Below, one piece after another: positions 38,113 through 52,100 of a DNA stretch of 64,000 nt. Each line of letters begins with the position of its first letter. Position 1 is the first letter of the stretch. The notes beneath the pieces are model-generated. The model was given only the letters and a program-made list of their open reading frames with translations, was not told the origin of the DNA and searched no databases. Both the position numbers and the translations under genes were made by a program. Where the stretch lies: contig OZ260661.1 in the NCBI GenBank assembly GCA_965285935.1, positions 34,658,001-34,722,000 on the forward strand, in the 5' to 3' direction. This stretch comes from Ophelia neglecta (Eukaryota).

Positions 38113-41100
38113 TCTCTACTTTTCCCTGGTGAAACGTGAATTTAATGCTTAGTCTCAATATTCGTTTCTTGTTTTTGCAGGGTTTTATTGAAACATGTTG
38201 CAGGGAACTGAGTATACCGTAGGCATCGGGCAACATCGATGATTATTTGTTGTATCAACGTGTAATAATTTCACTATATGTATACATAAGAACAAAATGG
38301 TAAGTCTGGATTAAGTATGGAAAAAAATGTGACATTAAACAATGGGCAAGAAAAACAGTATCTGTGGTGTTCGGCGGCGGGGAATGCCGCGCTTAATAAA
38401 CTCAATTTTAGAATCTACAAGAGAAAAGACAAATATTTCCAAAAGGCTACTACTTGTACTCAATTCAACTGTCTCAATGCTGCTTAAGAAGTTAAGCACG
38501 GTTGCTTTGTTCTCACCTCAATATGAAATAGACTCAATTGCCTTCGTTGAAGTTCCCATGTTGGCACTATAAGATGTGTCAAAAGGTTACCTCTTTTCTT
38601 AAGAACTTACCGAACACTGTAATATAATGCGTTTAGACAAAGAAGCTTATATGGAAGGAGCCAATGATTCGTTTTCTGTGGATACCTAAATCAATTTTGT
38701 ACGAAGGCGGCCGCCTTAAGTCTCGTATAGCACTATATATTTTGTCAAGGATGCCAGTGTTGCTAAATTTGCAATACACATATACTGCTTGATGTGTTCC
38801 CTTGTCTGTTACTGACCCACTTGTCAAACCCACATACTTCGATATATCTGTTATGGTCTGTTTTGTATCTAGATTGAACGAAACATACCTGCTTTGATCA
38901 AATTTACTTATGTGTATGCTCTTTTATGTTCACTATCATATATTCTAAACCAAGTGGCAAAATGATGATCGGACAACATGATTTTTTAACCTAATTATTT
39001 TCTTACCTAATACAAATGACATAATCATCCTGGCCCTGGTGGGTTTAATTCTATTAATAGACATTTAAGATAAAAAAAACCTTCCGGAAACCTAAAAAGG
39101 CGCGGCATAAATGACAAAAATGAAGGAACTCGTCTTCCACGATGGCAAAGCTTGTCAGACCTTCCGGCCTTCGGCCATTTCGCTATTAACTTATCCATAG
39201 CAAAGGATTGTCTAATTAATACCTAACTCGACTTCTCTGCACCTTAGGCACCGATAGAAAATGGGGAATGTATACCTGTCAGATAAAGTAGAATCATTGA
39301 TTAAGAATGGTTCATCCAATCAGTCCGAAAACACTAGGAACAGGCATAAGCTCAGGTTCACCAGTCCCCAGCTCAAGAAGCTTGTGGATAATGTTCTGTA
39401 TAAATATGTTATACCTATTCAGGCTGTGGTATATATATTTTAATTATCGGCTTAAAGCTACCACCACCACTTGTGATTATTGTTGAGACAACGTTGCTAC
39501 ATGGCAAATTTAATTCTAACTGATATCATTTACAAGACCTTACACAATTAAGTTGTGGATTGATCTATGTCGCCCTGTCACTACTGGCTTCTTGATTACT
39601 TCGAACCAATTTATTGGACTATTGCCGGCTGCCGGCTACCCAATTCAGTTTTTTTTTCTTCAAATATTTACTTTGATATATGTCGTCCCCTATCATTGCT
39701 ATAAGCGTTTGTACTGCAAGAGACGCATCAGTCATTGAACCCACTCTCTCCTTAAATACTATTATTACAAATATTAATATTAATGAATGATGAGACATTA
39801 GACACTGTATAAATGAAATGCATTGGGGAAGGACTATAATGTATAATTCGATATCTATTTTATGCCCAATATGAACAACTAGATCACACCTGAATGTTGC
39901 AATGGATATATTAAGAGGCCAAGTTTTAATATATGCATTAGTTGTTTTAAGTTTGCCTATAAGGGCTGTTCAAATATACCTCTGGCAACGTTCTTTCTTC
40001 AGTGTGTTTGTTTTGTCTCTTTGCTGGTGACCGAAGACTTCCGTTACTGAATGAAAGAGCACGCAATTCATGAAGTAAGTGCACAAATTTCAGTCTGTAA
40101 TTTTGTAAAATGCGCAACTCAAATGTAACTTAAGAGAAACTGTATAAGGTAGTGTCACTGTGTAGTGTGAAATATAGTCAGTTCCTTCCTGCAATTTCGT
40201 CCTAGTTCAGTTTATTTTATGGCTTAGAAGTCCGAGGAACAGTACCGGACGACTCATTTCTAGACTGTTTATGCAGTCGTATATCTGCTGTTGACATCGT
40301 TTTACTACGCTGGCCGTTCCTGAGCTAATCAGCTTTTGTCAAATAGGTCTCGCCGAATGCTATATTAGTGTCAATCAACTTGTCTCTATTCTCCGAGGGC
40401 ACACTTATTGGTAATATGTATTCGGCCGTTATAAGGCCAGTAAAAGTTTCAAGCACTCTTTTTGTCAAATGACGTACTCAATCATTGTTCTAGATTGATT
40501 TCTGCCTTGTAAATTTTGTGATAATCTAACAGCTTTTAAAACCGTATAACATTACCTAGTCCGTTTTATTATAAATGTCTTGGTGATACAAAGGTTGCAA
40601 TCAAAAATGTACATCTCTCTAATGCTTGCAATACCCGAGTCTTAAATACAATTAAGGAAATTGAGTCACAGAGCTGGCCAGCAGTGTAATAAAAAGAAAG
40701 AGAATTGAAATCATATTTCAGTCACTGGATTCCCTGCACATCTTATATTATCAGTTTAATGCTTTCTTTGACAAGAAAATTGCGGAGATATGTCAATAGA
40801 CAGATGAGATAGGCAGACAGTCTAGACGCCATTACTGCTAGGAGAGTGCTCTGCATTGTGAACTTAATAGCTAGGGACCAAAACATTCCCATTTACAACA
40901 AAGCCAGGGACAGTGTTTAGACAGAGCAAACGCATGCACGACTTAGTAAAACCGATCCACATTGTCTTCACTCATGAAAAACCGACATACAAACCTCTAG
41001 AGTAAAGCCATGCACTTTTTAGTAAAATTGTTTCAATATGTAGTCCATCAACAAATAAAAATAAAGGCAAAACATCTATGTCCATTCTTGCGACCAAGTA

Positions 41101-44100
41101 AAAAGGTTTTCTGATATCGTAAAGGGCATTCTGTTTGACTATTAGAGACAAGAATGATATACAAATTTAATCTAAACATGAGGGCAAGAGACAGAATAGG
41201 TAGGCCACTAAATGTGTATTTTAATATTGAAACAAACTATTATCTCTTGTCAAAGGAAAAAAAAAAACTGTCATTAAACTTCTCCTTAGGCCAAAATGAT
41301 TAACTGGTAAAGCATCCGGGCTATCATACTTCAATTGGTCCATCAATATAGTATATCATGATCTTCACATGACAAAAAGCATTAAATGGGTTCAATTAAA
41401 AAATATCGAGAGCAGAACGGTGGTTCGCGTCTGCCCACAGTGAAGCGGAGCGCTAACAATAACATTTGCGTCGATAGAATAGCCCGAATGGAAAGGAATA
41501 AAATTGGGTTGTATTCCTGTGCTACCTATCCACATCCCCCCCCCCCCCCCCCCTGAAATGAACAGCAGAAATACTGGTTCCTATAGAACATAATATGGAT
41601 TAAATATGGTAACCTCCACATAAAGACTGCGAGGTGTCATTTTTGCTTTAAAGCTCCGAATATAGATTAAGCAGTTAGTTAATATAATGTTAAATTGATG
41701 CACAACTAACACCAACCAGGCACTTCTGTGTTCGATTTGAGACACTGCATTCTAAATAAGGAAATAAGTTGCTAGTTTACATAGTGGATAAAAGTTTATT
41801 GTCTTAAGGTCTCGAAACATGGCTTGTTCTAAAGACCATACATATAGTACATATCATGATGGATTATATTTGGTGCATCGTTGTTTATGTGATGTTTGAG
41901 AGCAGACTATTTGATTTATGTTCGTCTGCACCTGTTCAGACTATTATTTTATGCTACCATACTGTAAATCTCTATCTTTACGGCATAGCACGATAGTCAT
42001 GTATTACATGTGATTGCAAATATTAATTTGTCCTAGTTTAAGATCCACTATTTTTTTTGTCAAGAACATTCCAGGTGATAGAAGCAGGTATTATGTGAAC
42101 TCCGCGTACTCTTCTGTTGCGAATTAAGTAAGAAGGGGTGAAAAAGCAGATATGCCTCGTATGCGCGTCCACGCTTTGGTTTTCCAATACTGTTGAATAA
42201 AAAATGGAAGTACATAAATGCGAGGCCCACAATGATAAGCTAATCTTAGACTTGGCAGGCCAGTAAAGACCATGGTGCGGTGATAAAACGGCTTTGCTTT
42301 ATATCATCCCTGTCACATTCGCCTGCGAAAGATCAGTCATTAACACGGTACGCGTGCCAAATAATGTATACAAGCTGTTTTTCCGCCAAATCTTACGAAC
42401 GTAATCGGAGACTTTTTGCTAGCTGGGTAATGACTATGGCCTAAGGGCCTGGCAACAACCAGTATAAGGTTTGAAAATAGTATTTGCACTCAGTTTAGTT
42501 CCTATAAGGCACTGAACTGTACATACTAGGGTTGGTTAGCTCTAGTTCATCATTTAGAAAACATCCCTTGCCTATTATAGTAATAGTCTATAATAATTTT
42601 ATGCAACTATCCTTTGAGAATAACATTCTAATCTGTTATCCAATGTTTAAAAAGGAATGATCTATTTATTTCCTATTGGTGGATGCAAACTTCGCCCTCT
42701 TGAAAAAGCTTTGATTTGAAAGGTGGCGTGCCTTCCTTTTTGCATGACAGGACACAGAAATAGTGCAGGGTACGATAAATCACTGGATAGGATTGGGGGG
42801 TGTCGCCAGACCGGTATTTTCGAACGTGTTGCTAATTGCCTCAGTATTTAATTTGGAATCCCTAAAAATTAGCCCTATAAATCACCTCAGTATTACCTGA
42901 GAATAAGAGGCCTGGGGGGTAAACATGATCTTATCGATCGTCTAAATATCAAACATAACCAACGTAGATGGATTCATGCCAAAACAGCAACAAAGTATGC
43001 TTACAAGACTCTACAGGGGACAAGCTATTTATGTGGAAACAATATGGATCAGAGCAGCTGGTTATCGCGACGGTTCAAAGACAGAAGAGAGCATTCAGAA
43101 CGTGTTTGCCTTTAAAGGGCTAGCGAAAGCGAGGAGTGTATGTAACCAAAGGACGTTTATAGACAGTGATAGTGGGAAATACATATTACTAAAGCAGGAA
43201 TTATGTCACAGATGCATTGTTATCTATTCATCTTGAAAGGCAACAGCTATGCACTGATTATCGATGAACAGTTTTAGCAACATAGTTGGTCCTTCAAACA
43301 CATTTTTGTATAACACTTCCTTACCTGGAGTCGGTTTTAATTCTTTAAACAAATAAATTATTGAAACATTATGACCTGTCGAGAGGTATATTCAACGTGA
43401 GGCACACTGTCCAAAATGCTGTTATATATGCTTGCGAAAACTCAGCGGCATTGACACTAATCGTTGGGGATACAAATCCGCTGTAATACAAAGTAAGGTT
43501 TTTTATCAAACGAGTTTAGCAAACAATGCAGATAACTGTTCATATTTATGTTTTTTAAGTTTCAAAGCGAAATTCCTACTCTCATTTCTTGAAAGGATAT
43601 CATAACACTGTTTGCAGTGTTCCTTAACTGTTGTGTGAATATATTTGATATGTGCAGATTAATGCACTGTCACGTCTTCGGCCACAGCCCCTCAAAAGTT
43701 CTGACCAAGTCATCAAGTTAAATTTATTTATTGTGAAACACCTTTGCTCATTATCATTAAGGCAAAAAAAATGCTCCGATGCTCTCTACAGTTAGACACG
43801 ATCAAAAGCATCACGCTTTTCATTATCTTCAAACTTCATTAGTAATCTCACGCTTGTTGCTGCCGCTGCCTTAACCACAGTTCCCCTTTCCCTTCGGATC
43901 CTGAATGATATAAGCACTTTTCTAAAAATGTTGGGAATTACTAAGCTTTCTAATACCGATGCTCAATATATGAAACTAATGTGTTCGCGTCATTGACACT
44001 GCCTAATCAGCTTGATGATAATATGCATGAATCAATTGTTCAACAAATACGGCTAGCCAAAGACGAGTGAAAATGTAGCCCGTCATGGAAAGAAGCTATG

Positions 44101-46021
44101 AATTCAAAGGTAATTATTGCGACACGTTTGTCCTAATGAGAAGTTGGATCAAATGAATTCCAAATGATCGATTTCTTAGACAAGTTCGTTGAACTTCAGG
44201 ACAGGTGACTTACTAATGATATCGAGGCTAATTTATGGGATAGAGATGGAGATTTATGGCTATTGAGAAAATGACTTTACAACCATGATTTAGAAAAAGG
44301 TGCGTGGATAACCGAAAGTAATGTGACGCAAGTTCTTGCAAATAAAGTCATTAATGAACTTGTTTTGTCTTAAACAGCACGGCTCAAAACCACCGCTTGC
44401 AGGTGTACTGATTTCCCATGACAAAGTTGGCTTTCATTCAAATGTGAAGGGAATTAATAAAACTTGTTATCCATTTTTAAATGGGTCTAAGACCAGGCGA
44501 TGGAACTCGAGACGGTTTAATTAGATGAAATTGTGATAGCAGCTTTCGTTACTTCATCCAGTAATCTCGGTCACGTGGTAAATGTGTACTACATCATAGC
44601 TGACACTGCTGTTTTTCTTCCTAAATGTTCATCTTATAATGTTAATCAAATCAAGTAAGAATTGATAGAGGAAATATGACTATGTGTGGCTTATTATAAT
44701 ATGTCGGGATTACCAAACTGTTATCCAGTTCTGTTTCCAGTCAATACACAGCTACTTCACTAAAAGGGAAAGGATTCCAGGCATTTACTACCAGAGTATT
44801 ATTTAGGCGTCTGACAAAATAAAAATCACACATTAGTCATATGACATGACAACCTCCTTTTTATCAGCCTCAATACATTTTCATATCTGGGTATAGTGTG
44901 CAGTACTTTTTGCATTCGTAACAGAGAAATTAACCGCAAAAAATATTTTGCATCTGAATTGCAAATGGTTGTGCAAATATTGGTTAGAAGATTTTGTTGA
45001 ATTACCTATGGTTTCACCAGTTGGGAGAATCAGGTCCATAGAATTAGCGTGAATTCCAAACATAGATTCACAGTTTCAAATCGCTTAGGAACTCCTCGTC
45101 AAAGTATTGACACGCCGCCACTTATTACTATTCATCTTTATTCTGCAAGACGCTTTTAAGAACTGAATCATATTGGACTTATTTAATAACCATAGTATTG
45201 AATTGCCCATCTGTTTATTTGCCTTAAAATTGAAATGATTATAATTTCATCCTCTGCATTATTATTTGATCAACCGGCGGTCGCTTGATTGAATTCCGGC
45301 ATAATCTAAGAATAAATAATCTTACGTAACAATAAAGTCGCCGACAGGTTTGAATGTGGAAGACGTGATCGTTAGAGTCAGAATGTCTGAAATAATCGAC
45401 AAATTCATCAGTCATACTAGAAAATCTCCTTTAGTTTCACACTGGGTTAGTTTAAGTGTAGTTTCGGGTCATAGACTTTAAAAAGCAGCATTATTCTTTC
45501 AAATTGTTTCTGTTAACTTTTACTTTCGCTATTCTGGTCGGATAATCTTACGGCATATGTCAATATACAATGTGTACACATAAAAGCAAGTATGGGTATT
45601 CAAAAGCGTATTTAGACAATGCCACGCCGTAATAGCACATTCTGGAAGAGAATTTTAATCTCAACTATGCCACCATTCTAGACTAAAACAACACAGCACA
45701 CTTCGCCTAATTTAGACGAGAATAAAAGCATTTTTAAAAGGTGCTTCTTAATCCTACACATTTCTTTAGAAGATTTGCAAAAGTAATTTCTCAAAATGTG
45801 CACGTCCCTTGGCCCATGCCTCGCAAACCTTAGTCTTAAGGGTATTTCCTTACTCCAAAAACAGGGAGCACCTTAAGTATCCACTCCCGTTTTAATGTTA
45901 AGAAAATAGATATCATAGACAATTTTGTTAAAATATTGGCTTCTTTTTTTCGAAAAAGGCGGTCTTAAGTAATGGGGGTGGATTCCCGGCAGCCAATGAC
46001 AAAGTGTACATCGAGAAAAGT

Positions 46022-46113
46022 CAATTAAAACGGTCCGAAATTATCAGGAACCAGAAGTCACAACAGTCCCACGCACATCAAAAAATCAATCTCCAGCTAC
46101 CAATTAGTAAATA
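46022..46113 (+). repeat. Dispersed repeat fragment, copy 2 (partner at 14105-14192)
   Basis: Same collinear blocks in the same orientation, 32 kb away. Confidence 0.75.
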
Positions 46114-49100
46114 AAAAACTTGTAATGCAAATTCGAGTTAATAAAAATAGAACAGAGATGAAGTTTGCCCTTGAAACTTTCCTGTAGCTTACTGGGTCTC
46201 TCTTTACCACTCCCATCTAACGAACCGTACAGATGTAAATTATTAGGAATGCCTTTGAAAATGGCCATAGAAAATATCATATTATTTTCCATAAAAGACG
46301 TAACTTGACGTTCCGTAATTATACATAGGCTCGATCAACTAGGACATTCTTATAAAACTAAATATGATACTTTCGACGGCTTGCTAATAAACCTGTGTTA
46401 TTTTATTCATTGCCTTTCCCCGGCGTGCAATGGCTACTTAAAGACATGGCCAGCCGTCTCATTGGATCTAAACAGTCCCATAAAAAGTGATACCCGCCGC
46501 CTGCGAAAGGCAATAAGCAGAATGAGACAATTTATATGCCCAGTCAAAGAACATTGAAGTAAATGCGTTCCCAATCTGTCATTCCCAGTTGATATTATTT
46601 GTATTGTTTATGTTCATATCTTTGCAACTCACTTTTGTTTTAAGGAAAACTGAATGTGCCTTGGTCTAGTATTTGCATGTATCATGATAGATTTCGCGTT
46701 CTTTAAAAACATGGTATACTTCTGTCCTATTCCGAATATTAATGCTGGATAGTGTCAGTTCTATGAAAAATGCAATGTGCCTCATAGGCAGTCAATACGG
46801 ATGGAAAGTACAGATTTAATTCTAACACATAGGGGAGCAGACGTGAGAACCACAGATATGGTTCATATAACAATATGTGTTCAAGTTTAACTGGAATTGT
46901 TCTTAGTTTTCGCCAAACAAGTTGAACTTAAACAACGATGCTGATCTAATATAAGAATTGTCAATCTCGAATGAAGTGAATTCAGTGTATAGAAAGAATA
47001 TAAAGAAGTGTATACAAACGTAACAAAACCAGGAAAATAACATTAAGACAAACTGTGGATCAAGATAACCTAGGCGGTATCTTTCACAATGTCTAGAATA
47101 GTCGCATGTCGAAACTGTGTTACTTGCCTTTTAAAAAATAAATCACAGTTTGAAACAGGAAAAATGTTTATTATTGTATATTCATTCCTATAAATTATGT
47201 TTCCAATGGCGACAAATTTTGCTGCATGTCTGTTCGATGTGGGATTCTCGTCAGAAATGAAGGATTTGCACTTTGCCAAAAGGCAAGAGATAGGATAATG
47301 ATGTTGCCTAATGAGTGCTTGCCGTGACCTTAATTTAATTCCAAAAGCCAATGCGTTGTACCGAAACGTCAATTGCCTTCTTAAGCTACTTTCCAAGACT
47401 ATCATTTTATATTCAACAGCTAATAGGAATAACGATTAGATGCTTTATCATTGGTGGCGCTCGGAGGGTGCTTAGTATGAGTCTACCATACCAACATTAA
47501 AGAAAGTTCTTTTCTGGCAAGTGCCTCTGATTAGAAATATGGTGACATCTGGTTATTTATATCATTGGCTCGTGAGCAAACTGGAAATCATATCAGGTTT
47601 TACTCTTTATATCAAGTTACCATTTAGAGAACGGAACACTCTATAGCCGCTGTTTATGTGAAGAGAAGATTTCTCTGGATGCACCTCGATTAAGATAGCA
47701 ACTTAATCGATCAATTTCTTGCGCTGGTTGGCCCCTTACTAGGGGCATAAGCATGATTAAGTCGGAACCATGTAAAAAATATTTGTGACATAAACCAAAA
47801 ATTATGTTGCGATGCCCAGATCAAACCGTTTGCTAATAGCCTTTTGCTATCAAAGTTACCTTTATGCTTAATGCTGAAATAAAGAAAGCAGAAATATCTA
47901 ACTTTTAATTTTCTTTGATATGCACCTTGTTAGGGAATGAGCAACATTATAAATCTCATGAATTCGGCCAGTTATACGCAATAATACTAATATATTTACA
48001 CATTCCGTGCTTCCTCCTTATTCCATTATTACATTCGGATATATTTCATTATTGCATTCGGATATAATGAGTAAATAATGTAAGTCCAATATTAACAAAG
48101 CCGCTCTTAATGTAATATATGCAAATAAAAAAATAGTACCTTAAATTTGTAGTCATGGTTGCTCTGACAAAAGGGAACTATTACATGTTCTCTTTATCCG
48201 CAAGCCTTGTAGACGCCGGTTTATGATTTGGTCTCCAAGAAGCCAGTTTGGAGTTGTCATACTACCGCTGGTGAAGGATGAAATGACACGGCGGATGATG
48301 GGTATAATCAATCAAAGTGGTCAGCAATATGGTGCCTGATGGAGTAGATACTAATCAGGTTCGTAGCCAGCATGTCAGGGATGAGACATGTGTTGATTGA
48401 ACCTCTTCTTCTTTGTGACATGCAGGACGCCAATAATAAGAAGGACGGTGTTATAAATGACTAAAAGATCGCGAATGACTCACATATGCGGGATGAGCAG
48501 TTTAAGCAGTCTGGGGAATACTTGGTTTGGATTACCTACCATATTAATCGCGGGACAAGCACTCTCGTCTGCTCCGTATTGCTTGGTAAGGCACAAGGGC
48601 ATCTGGTCGTCTTACTTTTCGGGATCAATGCACATAGAATCATCCAATCCTATTTACATTACCGACAGTGGTTAACTAGTAAAAGGAAACACCTAATATC
48701 ACACCTGAAGTTTAATAAGCTCTGTTAAATAAACTCATTGGTTGGCCCCTGATTACCAATACGTTTTGCTCCTTTCTGTAAACCTTGCTAACTATTCAAC
48801 TTGCTAGACATTGGCGTTAGATGACAGGCACAGAAAAAACATTAATTTAGAATATTGCATATAAATTCCGATTCATCGGCAAGATATTACAACATCAGTA
48901 CATAGCGGCGACTTGCTTACTGGACAATGCACAAGAACAGCCTCTACAAACACCGTTTCATAGCGGGGTCTAATAAAATGCTACCAATAATCAGCACTGT
49001 TTTTAAACGGTAAAAACATTTGACAAGGAATTGGGTTATATTTCGTCGTAAATTTCTTCGTTCGTTCTAACCCATGTGGATTCTCAATAAACGGTAAGGA

Positions 49101-52100
49101 CCTGTTTAAACATGTGTTTCTATGCAGGACTTACCCACCCTGTATGCTGCTTATATAAAAGCTGGTTTAAAGTTGTAGCTAAAACCCATAACCCATAACT
49201 CATAAATAACTTTTTAAGGTCACCGGTTAATTAATGCAAGTAATAAAAAAAACCGTTCGTTTCAAACACTGAATGTTGAGGTTGCCTTATATGGAGTGCA
49301 CCCCGATTATTCGAGCCACTTTTCTAACTCGTCGATTACTGTATTTAACATGGGTATTGAGGTGTATTGGCAAACTACTGGTCTTCCAATTGGGACCATC
49401 CGAAGAGCTGGTGCTTTCCTGCATTAACCAAGGCCACGTAGCTCTGGTGTCTAAAGCATATGAATTCTGTAGATTGAAACAGGAAGTTTTCAGAATCAAT
49501 GATATATATTCCACCAATTTATCCAAGTACGACACACGCCAAGAGGACTAGTGGAATCCTATAACGGATTATTAAGTCAGCCATAAAGAACATAAATCAA
49601 TGGTGGATGACTCTCTTTTTGACTGGTCGTATGTAGGTTTTTCTTACCATTGTTTAAACACATACGTAGTGAAAGACTGAAAAGGCTTTGAGTGATAAAT
49701 TCCGCTCATCAAAGGGCTATGGACCATTTGCAGATGCACGTGTTCAGTCACATTAAATCGTGACTGGTTCATTTTAAATAGTTTACATCACATTGCAATA
49801 TATCGTAATACCTTTTTCAATTAAGGTGGCACGCACCTTTTACACACTTCTTTGATGTTGTTTTACTGGGATAATTTCATCTATAGGTGCTCAAATTATG
49901 TGACAACTCAGACCAACACAGATTCTCCTGAGGCATATTGCATCTGTGTCCTACAATGACCACTGACGCTTTTGTTTTAGCTACGACTCGCATCACGGCA
50001 ATCAGTTGTATATTCTTCATTGTGACATCAGTTTTATGTTTTGATTATCTGTATTTGATTCACATTTGCTCTTTGTGAGCTGGGGGGTGGATCCATTGAC
50101 TTTCGCCTGTTTCTCCCACACAAAACGATGTGAATGGCTTGCGAACATGTTTATCCCATTAGATGCTTAGAGGTAAATATATTGTCACAAAAATAGGACA
50201 GCAAAATGTAAAATTAATCGTTTTGAGTATGCTATGCGGGGTGCAGTATATGCAAGCACCATACTATAAACAGAGTTTGGTTGCTTTTTTTCACATTTGT
50301 CAGCCGGCATACAATCTATTATACATTTTATTCATGTCGTGAAACGAGTTCTAGGTCTAATATGTACCTATATTAATGGTGCCGTATTTCTGTCTATGAT
50401 GCGATGTGATACAATGTTTAAATAAACTGCCAGACGAGATTCTGCCTTGGCATTTAAGGATCAGGTCAGTGATTTTACATTCGTGCCCTGAAAGCCTACA
50501 ATTTTATTACACAATTGTAGTCTCAATGAGTTCAGCATTCATGTGGTTGTGATTAAATGCCTGCTTTATTCTGAATTCATTGAATAGTTGGTCTTAAGAA
50601 GTGTTACTATATAATTAATTCTCATTCATTACAATTAGATAGATGCTTACTTACAGGCGTTTTTTTTTCTGTGATCAAGAAAACGCACACGTCCGATTTA
50701 ATTAGAAAAAGCGCTTTATTTAGAATTTTGGTATATTTCATTATGTATTGCTCTAAATAAGCCAGTTAGCTCCAAAAGAATATCGCATGTATACCTTGAT
50801 TGGAACAACCATTCTCCTGTTTTTCAACGTTAATCGATTCATATTTTTGCAATTAAATTAGAACTGTTAAGCTACTGAAAGTTCACTCAAAGCATTCATC
50901 TAATGTTATTGTTTTAAAACATACTTGATTTCCGAGACATTCTATCTAAAGCCATGTTGAGCGATATTCGATTGGCTATAGTGGAAGTTGTCTTATTTTG
51001 AGTCGAATGAAGCATCATGATGGATACTAATCCTATCATCACGGATTGAACAGGGACCATTGCATATCACGTCTCTTACTTTACGTTCAGAATAAAAATA
51101 CTGATACTGGAATAAGTGTATAATGTGTGCGATTGCGCCAGCTGCATTGAAAGTATTGTATTACCGGATTTACACCGAACTTGTGGTTTAAACCCGATTG
51201 CATCAATACGTTTATCATAACGTTTACCGATGTCTACAATTAAAAGGTCCTGTGGCTGAATGGTAACTCCCACCTTAAAACATTTTAAATAGCGAAACAC
51301 CTGCATGTGATAAACCAGTCTGTTGCGACCTGGATATGTAACAACCCTGAATTTTGAAACCGTATCCCTGTTATACTAGGACTTCTAAAACGGCGATTGG
51401 TGTACTCGTTGGTTAGTTCTATTTATGGAAGGCATTGAGCCATTCCTTCCTTCCTTTCAAACAGAAATTGACCTCCTTTTTTAAACTTCGAACAGTACTA
51501 GGTACAGAGGAAAGACGACCGCTCAATTGTGGTCCACGGTATGTCAATAGCGGAAGTAAATTCGTCTTCTGATTTATCCTTTACTATTACATATGACGCG
51601 ACCAAGTAATTATTGATGCTATAAGCATTTACCAGCCCAGAACCAGGCGATTCTAACCTACAGAAGCTTTTTCTTTGGTTCCATGTTATTTTCATTATCA
51701 TCTCATCCCTTCTGATAATATGGTCTTGCATAACCACTCTGATTGTATTCATGTTTAGTATCTTTAAATTCAATGAGTTTCTCCCTTATAAAAGTTGAAT
51801 ATTTAAATATCAATTAATTAAGGCATTCGTTAATTGTGTATTTGTTTGACATTCCTCCTCGATGAGAGAAACCAAATGGATCACTTGTTTAAACTTAACA
51901 AGGTAATAAACTTTTAATACCCTGGAACAAAGGTTTGTATATTTTCTTAAAATTTTTATGTATACATATATACGTACGTCCTTTTATAGACCGTTAGATT
52001 GCAGACACACTGATATTCACAACTAAAACAGCTGTCGCGGATATTAATGATATCGACGCAATTTTACAGTGTTTTTTTTCTAATCTGTTTGTGACTCTCA

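Noticed and set aside
38181-38222. GFIETCC as an insulin A-chain (GIVEQCC-like)
   Set aside because: It lacks the third and fourth cysteines (CC-x3-C-x8-C), and no B-chain exon is visible.
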